Below are positions 53,899-62,806 of a DNA stretch of 64,000 nucleotides, in pieces (position 1 is the stretch's first letter; each line of letters begins with the position of its first letter). The translations under genes and the position numbers were made by a program. Source of the stretch: a virus. The notes beneath the pieces were generated by a model. It searched no databases and had not been told where the DNA came from. It saw nothing but the letters and a program-made list of their open reading frames with translations. Location of the stretch: the IMG/VR virus record IMGVR_UViG_3300045988_125866; one strand, 5' to 3'.

Positions 53899-55830
53899 TC
53901 AGCAAGCGAAAACTGGCAGGACATAGCCGCTACTGCCCTTGCTGCTGTAGTTCGCCTGAGAATAGTAGAACCAAGCGTTCCTGGCATTGTTCTGCGTACT
54001 AGTCCATCTATTCTGACCATTCACGAACTTATAGTAAGCGTCAGCCACGCTATCCCCGAAGAGTGTTCTCAACACTTCTCGGATGGTGCCAGCATTACTG
54101 ATATGTACGTACTCCTGACCTACTGACATAAGGAAGCCATTCAGTTTCTCACCGCCAATCTCTAAGCTCTGACCATAGGCGAAGGAAAATGCAGGTACAC
54201 TAAGACTTCGCTCCTCAGCCTCTTGTCGAACCAAGAAGGACGATTGCTCTCCGTTCCAATAGTTAGGGTCAGACGATGTATTGCCATTGAGGGCGATTGA
54301 GGTAAATTGTAGATTCTGCGTACACCACTGATACTTTTGCAGCTTCGTCATATCCTTTAAGTCGGTGCAGCGGATGATGAAGGTACCTCTGTTAAGGCGA
54401 AGGTTCTGGTCTGACACCTTGATGGCGATAGCTTCCTCGGCAGTCTTGCCAGCAGCCACCCAGTCCTCGATGTAGTACTCAGTTGCATCAGAATCAAGCA
54501 CGTAGATACCTGTCTTGAACTGGTACATATTGACTTGAATAAGTCGCTGAGCTACCCTTGATGTGTAGGTACGAGAGTTCTTGTTAAAGCGAACATAGTA
54601 GCCATCCTCGTCATCAACCCTCACGGTGTACTCCTTGAGATACGGAACATAGATGGTCGCCTGTCCCTTATCATCGGTGGTGTAGGTTGTTGCCTTATTG
54701 TCGATGGTTACAATCACGTCCTTTCCTTCCCAAGGCGTGCCATTGCCATCGGTGTATTTGGTGACAGTCACGATAACTTTCTCGCTTGCCTCCTCATCAT
54801 AAGGCTCGTAGCTAAACGTGATGGTCTTGCTCACGCCCACAGAGGTAAAGCCTATTGGAGACAAGGGCTGAGCGTTGGCATACTCGGGGACGGCTACTTG
54901 GTAGTACACACCTCGGCTGACCTTGAATGTGGTCTTGCCCTCTGAGTCGGTGGTGTAGGTCTGAGGAGTCTTGCCGTTATTGAGAAATACGTTAATCTTG
55001 ATACCAGCCACCTTGATAGAGTCAACAGAAGAGGCAATTGTGACAGTCACTTCCTCATCAGTGTTGATAACATCTACCGATTTGGTTTCTCCGTTGCGGT
55101 TTGTCACAGAGATAGTCGAACCCGACATCTCTATATCGCAGGTTTCCGCACCTGTCGTGGCGGCCTCTGCGTCTTTGATGGCAGTAGTGAAATCTTTCTC
55201 ACGCTTTGTTTCTGCGTCCACACGAGATTGCTCTGCTTCTACTCTTGCATCTTCTGCGGCAGCTCTGTCTGTCTCTGCCTGCTTGCGAGTTATTTCTGCA
55301 TCAACACGTTCTTTCTCAGCAGATACTCTCTGCGTCTCGGCTTCCTTTCTCGCTTCCTCATTCGCATTGAGGGTATCGTTTATCTCCTTGTTGTTTTTCA
55401 GAACCTCATTCGCCTTATCAATTAGGTCACTCAACTCAACAGAAGGAGGCAGAATAACCATAGCCGTATCCATCTCTACGCTGTTGTCGCCCTCATCAGT
55501 AGTCCCAAACTCAGTATCAGCATCGGCATTGTTGGCCACGATGGCAAACTGAGGGTATTCGTTGCTTCGCCAGTCATTGCCGAATATCTTACCCTTTACC
55601 TCGATAGCATACGTGCCGAGGCTCATCTTATCACCCTCTACTCTCGCAAGGAGAACATTATCCTCCTTTACATCAATCGTAAATGCAAGAGGTATGCGTT
55701 TGAATTGATTACACACCTGTACCACCACGTCCGTACAGGCTGGCAAGGGGAAAGCCTTCGCTTGCCCCTCCACCATCTTCATCACTGGAATCCTCAGCGT
55801 GAAGTCATTACCTTTAACGATTTTCTTCAT
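53899..55830 (-). CDS. DGR target: tail-fibre/receptor-binding-like protein with C-terminal variable C-type-lectin/DUF1566-like domain (643 aa)
   Basis: N-terminal Ig-like region. Charged coiled coil (EARKEAETQRVSAEKERVDAEITRKQAETDRAAAEDARVEAEQSRVDAETKRE). Beta-rich repeats. The C-terminus ...NRWTSTQNNARNAWFYYSQANYSSKGSSGYVLPVFAC overlaps the VR. Confidence 0.85.
   Translation of the reverse strand: MKKIVKGNDFTLRIPVMKMVEGQAKAFPLPACTDVVVQVCNQFKRIPLAFTIDVKEDNVLLARVEGDKMSLGTYAIEVKGKIFGNDWRSNEYPQFAIVANNADADTEFGTTDEGDNSVEMDTAMVILPPSVELSDLIDKANEVLKNNKEINDTLNANEEARKEAETQRVSAEKERVDAEITRKQAETDRAAAEDARVEAEQSRVDAETKREKDFTTAIKDAEAATTGAETCDIEMSGSTISVTNRNGETKSVDVINTDEEVTVTIASSVDSIKVAGIKINVFLNNGKTPQTYTTDSEGKTTFKVSRGVYYQVAVPEYANAQPLSPIGFTSVGVSKTITFSYEPYDEEASEKVIVTVTKYTDGNGTPWEGKDVIVTIDNKATTYTTDDKGQATIYVPYLKEYTVRVDDEDGYYVRFNKNSRTYTSRVAQRLIQVNMYQFKTGIYVLDSDATEYYIEDWVAAGKTAEEAIAIKVSDQNLRLNRGTFIIRCTDLKDMTKLQKYQWCTQNLQFTSIALNGNTSSDPNYWNGEQSSFLVRQEAEERSLSVPAFSFAYGQSLEIGGEKLNGFLMSVGQEYVHISNAGTIREVLRTLFGDSVADAYYKFVNGQNRWTSTQNNARNAWFYYSQANYSSKGSSGYVLPVFAC
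53907..53997 (-). repeat. DGR variable repeat (VR), last 31 codons of the target gene
   Basis: 11 mismatches to the TR. Nine fall at TR adenines (coding strand): Y>F, N>Y, N>Y, N>S, N>S, N>G (two As), N>S, and one of two changes in Y>G. Ends 5 nt before the stop codon (53899-53901). Confidence 0.92.
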
Positions 55831-55848
55831 ATAGCTATACTATTTTAA

Positions 55849-58800
55849 TTAGTACTGTCTGTTAATTATTCTCGCAAGATATGGCTGTGTAAAACCTTCG
55901 AGTGTGTAAGACTTGTCGGGGTTATACATCAACAGAAATTCATAAGAGTCTCCTGCCGCCATATCAAAATCAGCCCAATAGCCACCGTTCCAGTGTGTAA
56001 TAAGCGGGAGGCCTTTAGTGTTCCATCGCGCCACATTTGCGCCGTCTTTTGTTGTGCATCTTCCTCTCATGGCGATGGACTCGCTGCCAATATCCATCAC
56101 GATTGTAAGCCTTACGCAGAACTTGTCATCGACATGCTGCGAACCGAACAGTATCTGCTTGATCGTCCCGAGAGTGGGCAGCGCAAGCGCAAGATAATTT
56201 TTCGAGCTGACTATCAGGGTAAGCGAATCTATTTTCTGTACTTCGTTATAAGTAGTTCCTCTAAACAAACCTGTATTATCAAGGAATACATCCTTGGTAG
56301 TCATATTTATCATCGTGTACTTATATCCGTATACTCCACCGTTGACCGATACGTCACCAATACCGCGCAGCGCATAGTTCTGCACGCCGTTCTTCGCTTC
56401 CGCAAAGTAGCACACGTTGCTATGGTAGCCGTCAGTTGTATCGATGGCATCTACCCTCATCTTCGCACTGAGGTAAGTTCCAGGGCCAGGAACAGCGAGG
56501 GTCTGGTCCGTGTCGATGAATATAGCACTCCGCCCCTCTGCCTTGATCAGCTGAAAACGAGTATCTGTCAACATCATGCTGTCTTCCTTGAATAAAGCAC
56601 CACTCGACAGACCTTCGCCCGTTATCTCGAACCGTCCGAACTTCTTTCGTGTACCACTGTCCTCATCTTCGTAATATCTCACACCGAAAGCACCCTTGTC
56701 GGCATACATGTAGCCATCCTTAGAGACACGGAACGGAGAGTCGGCGGCTGTCGACGAACCTACCCAGAGAGGATATTGCTTTCCGTCTTCATCCTTCGCC
56801 TCATCTATATCGTAGTTGCCGAAGTGAGCGAGCGTATTTTGGTTATTACCATCTTTCGCCCAAACATGGTGAACATTGATGGTGTCAGCATCTATCAGGT
56901 CGGCATTAAGCTTGCCGTCCTGAAACATTGCAGTGGTAGTGCCGTTATTGCTTACCTTCACCTTGTCGCCATACAGCTCCACACCATCTGCTGTAATATT
57001 TAAGCCCGCAGCCTTGGCTGTCGCCTTGTCGATGAGGTCAGTCTTCTTCTCTGTGTACTCTGTCATCAGAGCACCTTCCTCCAACTTCGGCTTAGCCACC
57101 CAAGCCTCACAGCCGTCAACAGCTCGCAGCAGTACCGACTGAGGTAACACAGTTTCGCCATCACCCGTATAAAGGTCTATACGCCAGTGTACCCAGTATC
57201 GCTTCCATTCGCTCGTCAGTGTGAAGTTCGATGCTCCGTCGGCCACATTCTCCGTCACCTTTCCCTGGCTGTTCTCTGCGTAGATATTCACGTGAACGCT
57301 GTCCTTATACAGGTGTGCTCTCAGAGTTCCGCTTCCCTTCGCAAGGAACGAGAATACATAATTCTTCCTCAGCTCGAAGTTAAGAATCCTTCCGTTCTCT
57401 CCGTTGAATCTCAGGAAGTCACACATATTATTGTTACTGCTGTCTGCCTTTCCGTGAACTACGGCATACGCACCCTCGTAGGTGTCCTGTGCCACCTCAT
57501 TGGCCGTATAAAGGTTGCTCAACTGTCCGCTCGCAACAAGCGTCCTCGTGTCGTCGAGCATATTTCCGCCAAGGTAGTCGTAGTCCGTTTCCGCAGGAGT
57601 CCAGCCTGTGTACTCGCTTCCTTCCTCCAGCATTGGCATACATATCCATCCGTTACCAGAGGCAGTATAACCAAATGTTCCGTCCACGGTTATGCCATTG
57701 TAGACAAAGATATTCACCTCGATAAACTCTGCGTCGCCCGAGTTGAAAGTGTAGTTCACCTGCCTCCATTGGTTCACCTCGTTCTCCTTCGTTATCCACT
57801 GCATGTTACCCGAGGTGGCAGTAATTTGGTCCCCTCTATTGCCATTCAGCGCAGCCATCTTGAACACCTCCGAATGAATCTGTAAGTCCTTCGTGTCGCA
57901 CTTTATCCATGCGGAAAATGTATAATCGGTGTTCTTCTTCACAGCGATGCCGTTGATGGTCAGTCCCCAGAAAAGTCCCTTGTACTGAGGCGTTCCGTTA
58001 CCCGTCACCGAGAAGCGGATGGCATTATGGCCGTTCACGCCCTGTGTTATCGTAGGCTGGAAGAGGCCGTCCGAATAATATATATCACCCTTCCTTGTCA
58101 ATGACGTATCTCGCAGTAGGTTGTGCCGTCCTTGCTGGTTCTGAGTCACGCTGAGAGTAATCTCCTTTGCTGTCTGCTTGATAGTAGATGTGTAGGCGTT
58201 GAGAACGGTAGGATTACTTCCTTTCAGGTCTTTCTCCAGTGCCTCAAATTTCGACTGGTACTGCTTGGCCGTAGCCTTTACACTGCCCATGTACTTTGTC
58301 ACATTCACAGAGAATGGAACCTGTGTACTGTAGCTCTTCCCTCCGAGAGAGAATGTGATTGTGACAAATCCCTCGCTCACCGACACCTTGTCTCCGCTCG
58401 CCAGAGTGATAGTGTTCACAGAATTGAGCTTCACCTTTATGTATCCTGTAGCCAAGCTTGCCGCAGCCGTACAGTTCTGCATATAGCTCACCCTTACGTC
58501 TGAGCACTCGTTAGTAACATTCTCGCCACCTCTCATCACCATTACTCGTCCTTCTGCCGTGGTGTCCGACACGATGCCGTCATCGTTAGTGTCGAGCACG
58601 ATGGGCTGTACGAGAAGTATGCTCACTCCGTCCTCTCCGTCATTTCCGTTCACACCAGGAGTACCTTGTTCTCCTTTCTCGCCCTGTGGTCCCTGTGCGC
58701 CCGTTTCGCCCTGCGCACCTGTTTCTCCTTTAGGTCCCTGTGGCCCTTCGTCACCTCTATCTCCCTTTTCGCCTTTGTCTCCTTTGCCTCCCTTTTCTCC

Positions 58801-61800
58801 CGACAACACCTTCTGCCAGTCGCTGTTTGCGTCCGAAGGCTCTTGACTTGTTCCGTTCTCGTTGATACAAGTCCACAGGGCGTTGTTATGGTTCACTTGG
58901 TCGTAGTAGTCATAGCTTCCTGCCTTCCACTCACCTCTGTAGTTCACCATGTGCATAGCATCCCCAGTCGAAGATACCCACTCAAAGATACCGCTATTAA
59001 GCCTTATCTTGTCAGGCGAAAGCACGAATACCTCCTTGCCATCGTGTGTATATCTGTCTACACCCTTGAAGCCTACGATGCGAGGTGTGTTCTCGCCAGT
59101 ACTCTCCAGTATCAGCACACCTTTTCTGCTATCATCGTCAACAATTTGTCCTCCAACAAAAACAGCTCTATGTCCGTCAAGCACAATAGTGTCTCCTGCT
59201 TCAGGAATACCACCTATCTCTGCCGTTGCAAACTCCTCAGTCATTGAGTCTAACGACAAAGAATGTTTGCCGATTACTATCCATGAGAACATCTGTCCTC
59301 CATACAGTTCGTTGCCATATCCGTCATATATCTTCTCGTTCACACTCGATACGCCGTGCTCAGGGATTGTTCGCCAGTAGCTCTTGTTGCTTGCGTTCGT
59401 GGTTCCAGTAGCCAGCGTTCCGATGGTCTTGCACCTCACTTGGTCTCCCTCTCTCCACAGGTTTTGTGTAGCCGTAGTTCCGTCATCCGCCAAGAGATAA
59501 CAGAGCCAGCCTTTGCATTTATCTACAGAGGTCTCTATCCATTCACTGCTCTCGCTTTCCCATGTTACAGGCACGACCTTCACTATCTTGCTTCCTGCGC
59601 CCGAGAGATACACATTACCGCCTGCATACGACAGTTTTCTTACCTCCAGTTGATTAAAGATAGCCTTTCCCCAAATGGTGAGGTTGGTGATAAAGCCGTT
59701 GTATTTCCCGTTTTCCTTCTTGACAGCGAAACCTTGCTCTGCTTCATTGTCGTAGTCGATGGACTGCAACGACTCCAAGATGGCCCGTCCTGCCTCGTCT
59801 ATCAACGCTCCGCCCTTACCAAAGTAAGCACCTCCGTTCAACTTCACTAAAGCCTCGCTTACCAGTCCTTTGATGAAGGTAATCACGCCTTGTGCGGTGT
59901 CATCCTTTAGCTTCGACAGAAAGTGTTTTGAAGCTTCATTGATAGTCGAGTCGGTTATCTGTTTCGATGTCTCGCTACTTACCTTTCCGTTTCCAGACTC
60001 AAGGGATGAAATCTGCTGCTTTATCTTAGCCATCGTTCCGACTTCTACATCGTTCCTCAGAGTTACTTCATAGGTTGGTATGCCTCCTTCGTTTTCTCTT
60101 ATAACGAGCTGGTCGATGGTCACCTTGCCTCCTATGTGTAAGTCGCCATCGTCAAACTCCATGATGTCGCCGGCCTTCAACGTGTCGTGAAGGCTCTTGA
60201 TGGTTCCGGTTTTATCTTCAGTCGCTTGGTCGTTTTGTCTCGCCATAAACACTTCGTCTACCTTGGGCTGGTACACATACCTTGTGTAGTCGTTCTTGTC
60301 TATGTAGGCAATGGCGTATTTCAGAAGCTTTAGTGATGCTGCGTTCACATAAGAGTCGGGCAGGGTGATACCTGTCAGTACAAAGTGATCTCCTTTTCTG
60401 ATAGGATAGTCTTTGTATGGGAACCACAGCTCCAAGGCATCGTCCTTTACTCTCTGTATGGTCAACCTCCATCTGCCGTTCTCTTTTACCGATGATGCTA
60501 CCTTAAAGGTTCTTCCTCCACACATGCCATCCTTCATGGCGATAGAGAAATCACTGTCCTTCAGGTCGTTGATATCGAAGTCGATAGACGGATTCAGGTA
60601 GATGTCAACATTGTTTACGGTTTGTCCGTCTTCAAACCTTCCGTTGTCATTTGGTGCAACGCCCTCGTCAATCTCATCAACACGCACACCACCGATAACC
60701 ATTTCTTCGATTGTAGGGTATATCTCTACGATACCGTTGGTCTTGTCATCGTTATCAAAATATTGCGATGCGGAACGAAGACCAATCTGCTGTATGTTCA
60801 CAGAGTCAATATAGGGCCTGTATGGATTCGTCGAAAAGATATGTTCCTTGCCCGTTGGGTTTACATATTCCTTATCAGCCTTACTCAGCGAGTTGTAGTA
60901 GTCGTTAAGTGAAACATGAGGGAATCCTGGCAACATCAGCCTGTTGATAGACATGTTGTTGGGAAGATTCTGCGCATACTCCTTCATTGACGATGGCACT
61001 GCCTTAGTGTTCAGGCCGCCAGTTATATACAACTTTCTGTTTCCTGCGTTTACTTGTGCGATAAACCTGTCAAGATTTTCTTTTGACGGCTCGTCTCCGT
61101 TGTCTTCCATGTTGTTCTTCACTTTCGAGTATAACATTACGGCCTGCCCGCTGCTCAAAGCTGTCACAACACAGGTGATGACCGTCTGAAAGTCAAACGT
61201 CACCTTCAGGACGTATCCGTATGTCTGTTCTTTACCAGTCCCGTCATTAGGTACGAAAACTCTTGGGATGGTGAAATAATTGTCAATGTACTCCATGTCG
61301 ATATACACTGACAGATAACTTGTTGCAGTGTTCACCTCTGTGATGTTACAGAAGTACTTTGTGCCAAGGTCTGCGTAGTAGTGAGATGGGAGGTTCTTTT
61401 CTGAACCGTAAGCTCTTAGCCTTGTCACGATTTGCTGTTCTGAGTCTGCATTTTGGATCAACTCACTCAAACCTTTTCCAAGCCCGTACTTGAAGATATT
61501 TTTTGCGAGCACGCCTGCCGTTCCAACGTACACATTCCGACCTCTTACGATGAAGTTTACGTCCCACTCGCTATTTACTAAGGCCAAAGCTTCCCAACAG
61601 GTCTTTCCGTCAACGGTGATAGACTTGGATTCGATATCGTTCTTAGGTGTTCCTCCTCCATAAACATTCGTCCAGTCCGCATCCGAACAGCCTCTCTGCA
61701 AAGACCTTTTCTTGTTGCGTGAGTACACTTTCCACACACCCTTGCCGATCTGTTCGTCAAGGTTGGCTTGTATTCTGTCGAGAAGGTCGTCAAGTGTCTC

Positions 61801-62178
61801 TACGTAGAACGAAAACTTCGGCAGGGCAGTATAATGCAGTTCGTTGTCGTTCAGAACCACGTCGAGAAACTCCGATCTCGACAACTCGTCCTGCAACGCA
61901 TTGAACTTTACGCTGTCATACACGAATCCCTCTCCGTATGTGTTTAGCCTTGCTTTTTTGTCCTTTCCCGGCTCATAGTTCAACTCGAAGCGCTCTCCTC
62001 TGTATATGATGTAGTCGCCTATCTTAAAGTTGATTGGAGCGTTGTTTTTGAAGTCAATGGTAAGGAAGCAGTCTCCCATCCATTTGTCTGAGTACTGCAA
62101 TCCGTGAACGACAACCTCGTCATCGTTCACGTCTGTAAGCTTTGTTCCGTCCTTATGATATATGTTCCACCTACTCAT
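55849..62178 (-). CDS. giant tail protein (Tal/host-specificity-like N-terminus, collagen-like segment, multiple beta-rich domains), 2109 aa
   Basis: Follows the Dit-like and tape-measure genes. The N-terminus resembles phage minor structural/prophage-tail proteins. A 58-triplet Gly-X-Y run, GEKGGKGDKGEKGDRGDEGPQGPKGETGAQGETGAQGPQGEKGEQGTPGVNGNDGEDG, is encoded at 58627-58800. Confidence 0.75.
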   Translation of the reverse strand: MSRWNIYHKDGTKLTDVNDDEVVVHGLQYSDKWMGDCFLTIDFKNNAPINFKIGDYIIYRGERFELNYEPGKDKKARLNTYGEGFVYDSVKFNALQDELSRSEFLDVVLNDNELHYTALPKFSFYVETLDDLLDRIQANLDEQIGKGVWKVYSRNKKRSLQRGCSDADWTNVYGGGTPKNDIESKSITVDGKTCWEALALVNSEWDVNFIVRGRNVYVGTAGVLAKNIFKYGLGKGLSELIQNADSEQQIVTRLRAYGSEKNLPSHYYADLGTKYFCNITEVNTATSYLSVYIDMEYIDNYFTIPRVFVPNDGTGKEQTYGYVLKVTFDFQTVITCVVTALSSGQAVMLYSKVKNNMEDNGDEPSKENLDRFIAQVNAGNRKLYITGGLNTKAVPSSMKEYAQNLPNNMSINRLMLPGFPHVSLNDYYNSLSKADKEYVNPTGKEHIFSTNPYRPYIDSVNIQQIGLRSASQYFDNDDKTNGIVEIYPTIEEMVIGGVRVDEIDEGVAPNDNGRFEDGQTVNNVDIYLNPSIDFDINDLKDSDFSIAMKDGMCGGRTFKVASSVKENGRWRLTIQRVKDDALELWFPYKDYPIRKGDHFVLTGITLPDSYVNAASLKLLKYAIAYIDKNDYTRYVYQPKVDEVFMARQNDQATEDKTGTIKSLHDTLKAGDIMEFDDGDLHIGGKVTIDQLVIRENEGGIPTYEVTLRNDVEVGTMAKIKQQISSLESGNGKVSSETSKQITDSTINEASKHFLSKLKDDTAQGVITFIKGLVSEALVKLNGGAYFGKGGALIDEAGRAILESLQSIDYDNEAEQGFAVKKENGKYNGFITNLTIWGKAIFNQLEVRKLSYAGGNVYLSGAGSKIVKVVPVTWESESSEWIETSVDKCKGWLCYLLADDGTTATQNLWREGDQVRCKTIGTLATGTTNASNKSYWRTIPEHGVSSVNEKIYDGYGNELYGGQMFSWIVIGKHSLSLDSMTEEFATAEIGGIPEAGDTIVLDGHRAVFVGGQIVDDDSRKGVLILESTGENTPRIVGFKGVDRYTHDGKEVFVLSPDKIRLNSGIFEWVSSTGDAMHMVNYRGEWKAGSYDYYDQVNHNNALWTCINENGTSQEPSDANSDWQKVLSGEKGGKGDKGEKGDRGDEGPQGPKGETGAQGETGAQGPQGEKGEQGTPGVNGNDGEDGVSILLVQPIVLDTNDDGIVSDTTAEGRVMVMRGGENVTNECSDVRVSYMQNCTAAASLATGYIKVKLNSVNTITLASGDKVSVSEGFVTITFSLGGKSYSTQVPFSVNVTKYMGSVKATAKQYQSKFEALEKDLKGSNPTVLNAYTSTIKQTAKEITLSVTQNQQGRHNLLRDTSLTRKGDIYYSDGLFQPTITQGVNGHNAIRFSVTGNGTPQYKGLFWGLTINGIAVKKNTDYTFSAWIKCDTKDLQIHSEVFKMAALNGNRGDQITATSGNMQWITKENEVNQWRQVNYTFNSGDAEFIEVNIFVYNGITVDGTFGYTASGNGWICMPMLEEGSEYTGWTPAETDYDYLGGNMLDDTRTLVASGQLSNLYTANEVAQDTYEGAYAVVHGKADSSNNNMCDFLRFNGENGRILNFELRKNYVFSFLAKGSGTLRAHLYKDSVHVNIYAENSQGKVTENVADGASNFTLTSEWKRYWVHWRIDLYTGDGETVLPQSVLLRAVDGCEAWVAKPKLEEGALMTEYTEKKTDLIDKATAKAAGLNITADGVELYGDKVKVSNNGTTTAMFQDGKLNADLIDADTINVHHVWAKDGNNQNTLAHFGNYDIDEAKDEDGKQYPLWVGSSTAADSPFRVSKDGYMYADKGAFGVRYYEDEDSGTRKKFGRFEITGEGLSSGALFKEDSMMLTDTRFQLIKAEGRSAIFIDTDQTLAVPGPGTYLSAKMRVDAIDTTDGYHSNVCYFAEAKNGVQNYALRGIGDVSVNGGVYGYKYTMINMTTKDVFLDNTGLFRGTTYNEVQKIDSLTLIVSSKNYLALALPTLGTIKQILFGSQHVDDKFCVRLTIVMDIGSESIAMRGRCTTKDGANVARWNTKGLPLITHWNGGYWADFDMAAGDSYEFLLMYNPDKSYTLEGFTQPYLARIINRQY

Positions 62179-62185
62179 GTCTGCA

Positions 62186-62674
62186 TCAGGTTAAGTTCGT
62201 TATGTTTCCGTCCGCACCCATCACTGGCTTAATGTCTGTCACGGGGTCATTAAACTTAAAGGTAACACTCATCACCAATAAGTCTTCATTCTCTGGGTCC
62301 CTGTACAGCACAGGGTCTATGCTTTTCAGCCTCACGTGCTGCCTGCCAATCTTATTGAAGTCGCAATACATCTTCATCATACCTGTTGTTCGGAGATAAT
62401 TCACAAAGCTCCTGCATTTCTCGTTCGCCCCATAAACTTTTCCCTTAAACAGGAACTTTACCTTATTTTCGTAAGCTGCCATATACAGGCCGTCTTTGCC
62501 TATATATTCATCGTCTCCGTGCTCGTCATACCAGCTCCTCTTTACTGGTTCTTTCACTGCGTCGCATGGTTTGAACGGACTCTCGCTTACGTACATACCG
62601 AAATCGGTTATAGTGTCCATTACCTTGGCACCATCACCTTCTTTCTGCATATAAATTCTGAAATAATCTTTCAT
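62186..62674 (-). CDS. distal tail protein (Dit)-like (162 aa)
   Basis: Size and position between the tape measure and the Tal-like protein. The TATATTTG -7 box (complement of 62700-62707) lies upstream. Confidence 0.5.
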   Translation of the reverse strand: MKDYFRIYMQKEGDGAKVMDTITDFGMYVSESPFKPCDAVKEPVKRSWYDEHGDDEYIGKDGLYMAAYENKVKFLFKGKVYGANEKCRSFVNYLRTTGMMKMYCDFNKIGRQHVRLKSIDPVLYRDPENEDLLVMSVTFKFNDPVTDIKPVMGADGNITNLT

Positions 62675-62806
62675 AACTCAAAATCACTTATTTATGATGC
62701 AAATATACAATTAATTGTATAATTATACAAGTAAAATGAAAATATCAATGTATATTTATGCAATTAAGGGCGCGAATAGCACTTCATCACGCCCTTAATC
62801 ATTACA

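Noticed and set aside
55993-61904. Many plus-strand ORFs inside the giant tail gene, including the Pro/Ser-rich 58559-58846
   Set aside because: They are antisense shadows of a 2109-aa ORF. The P/S-rich one is just the reverse complement of the Gly-X-Y collagen repeat.
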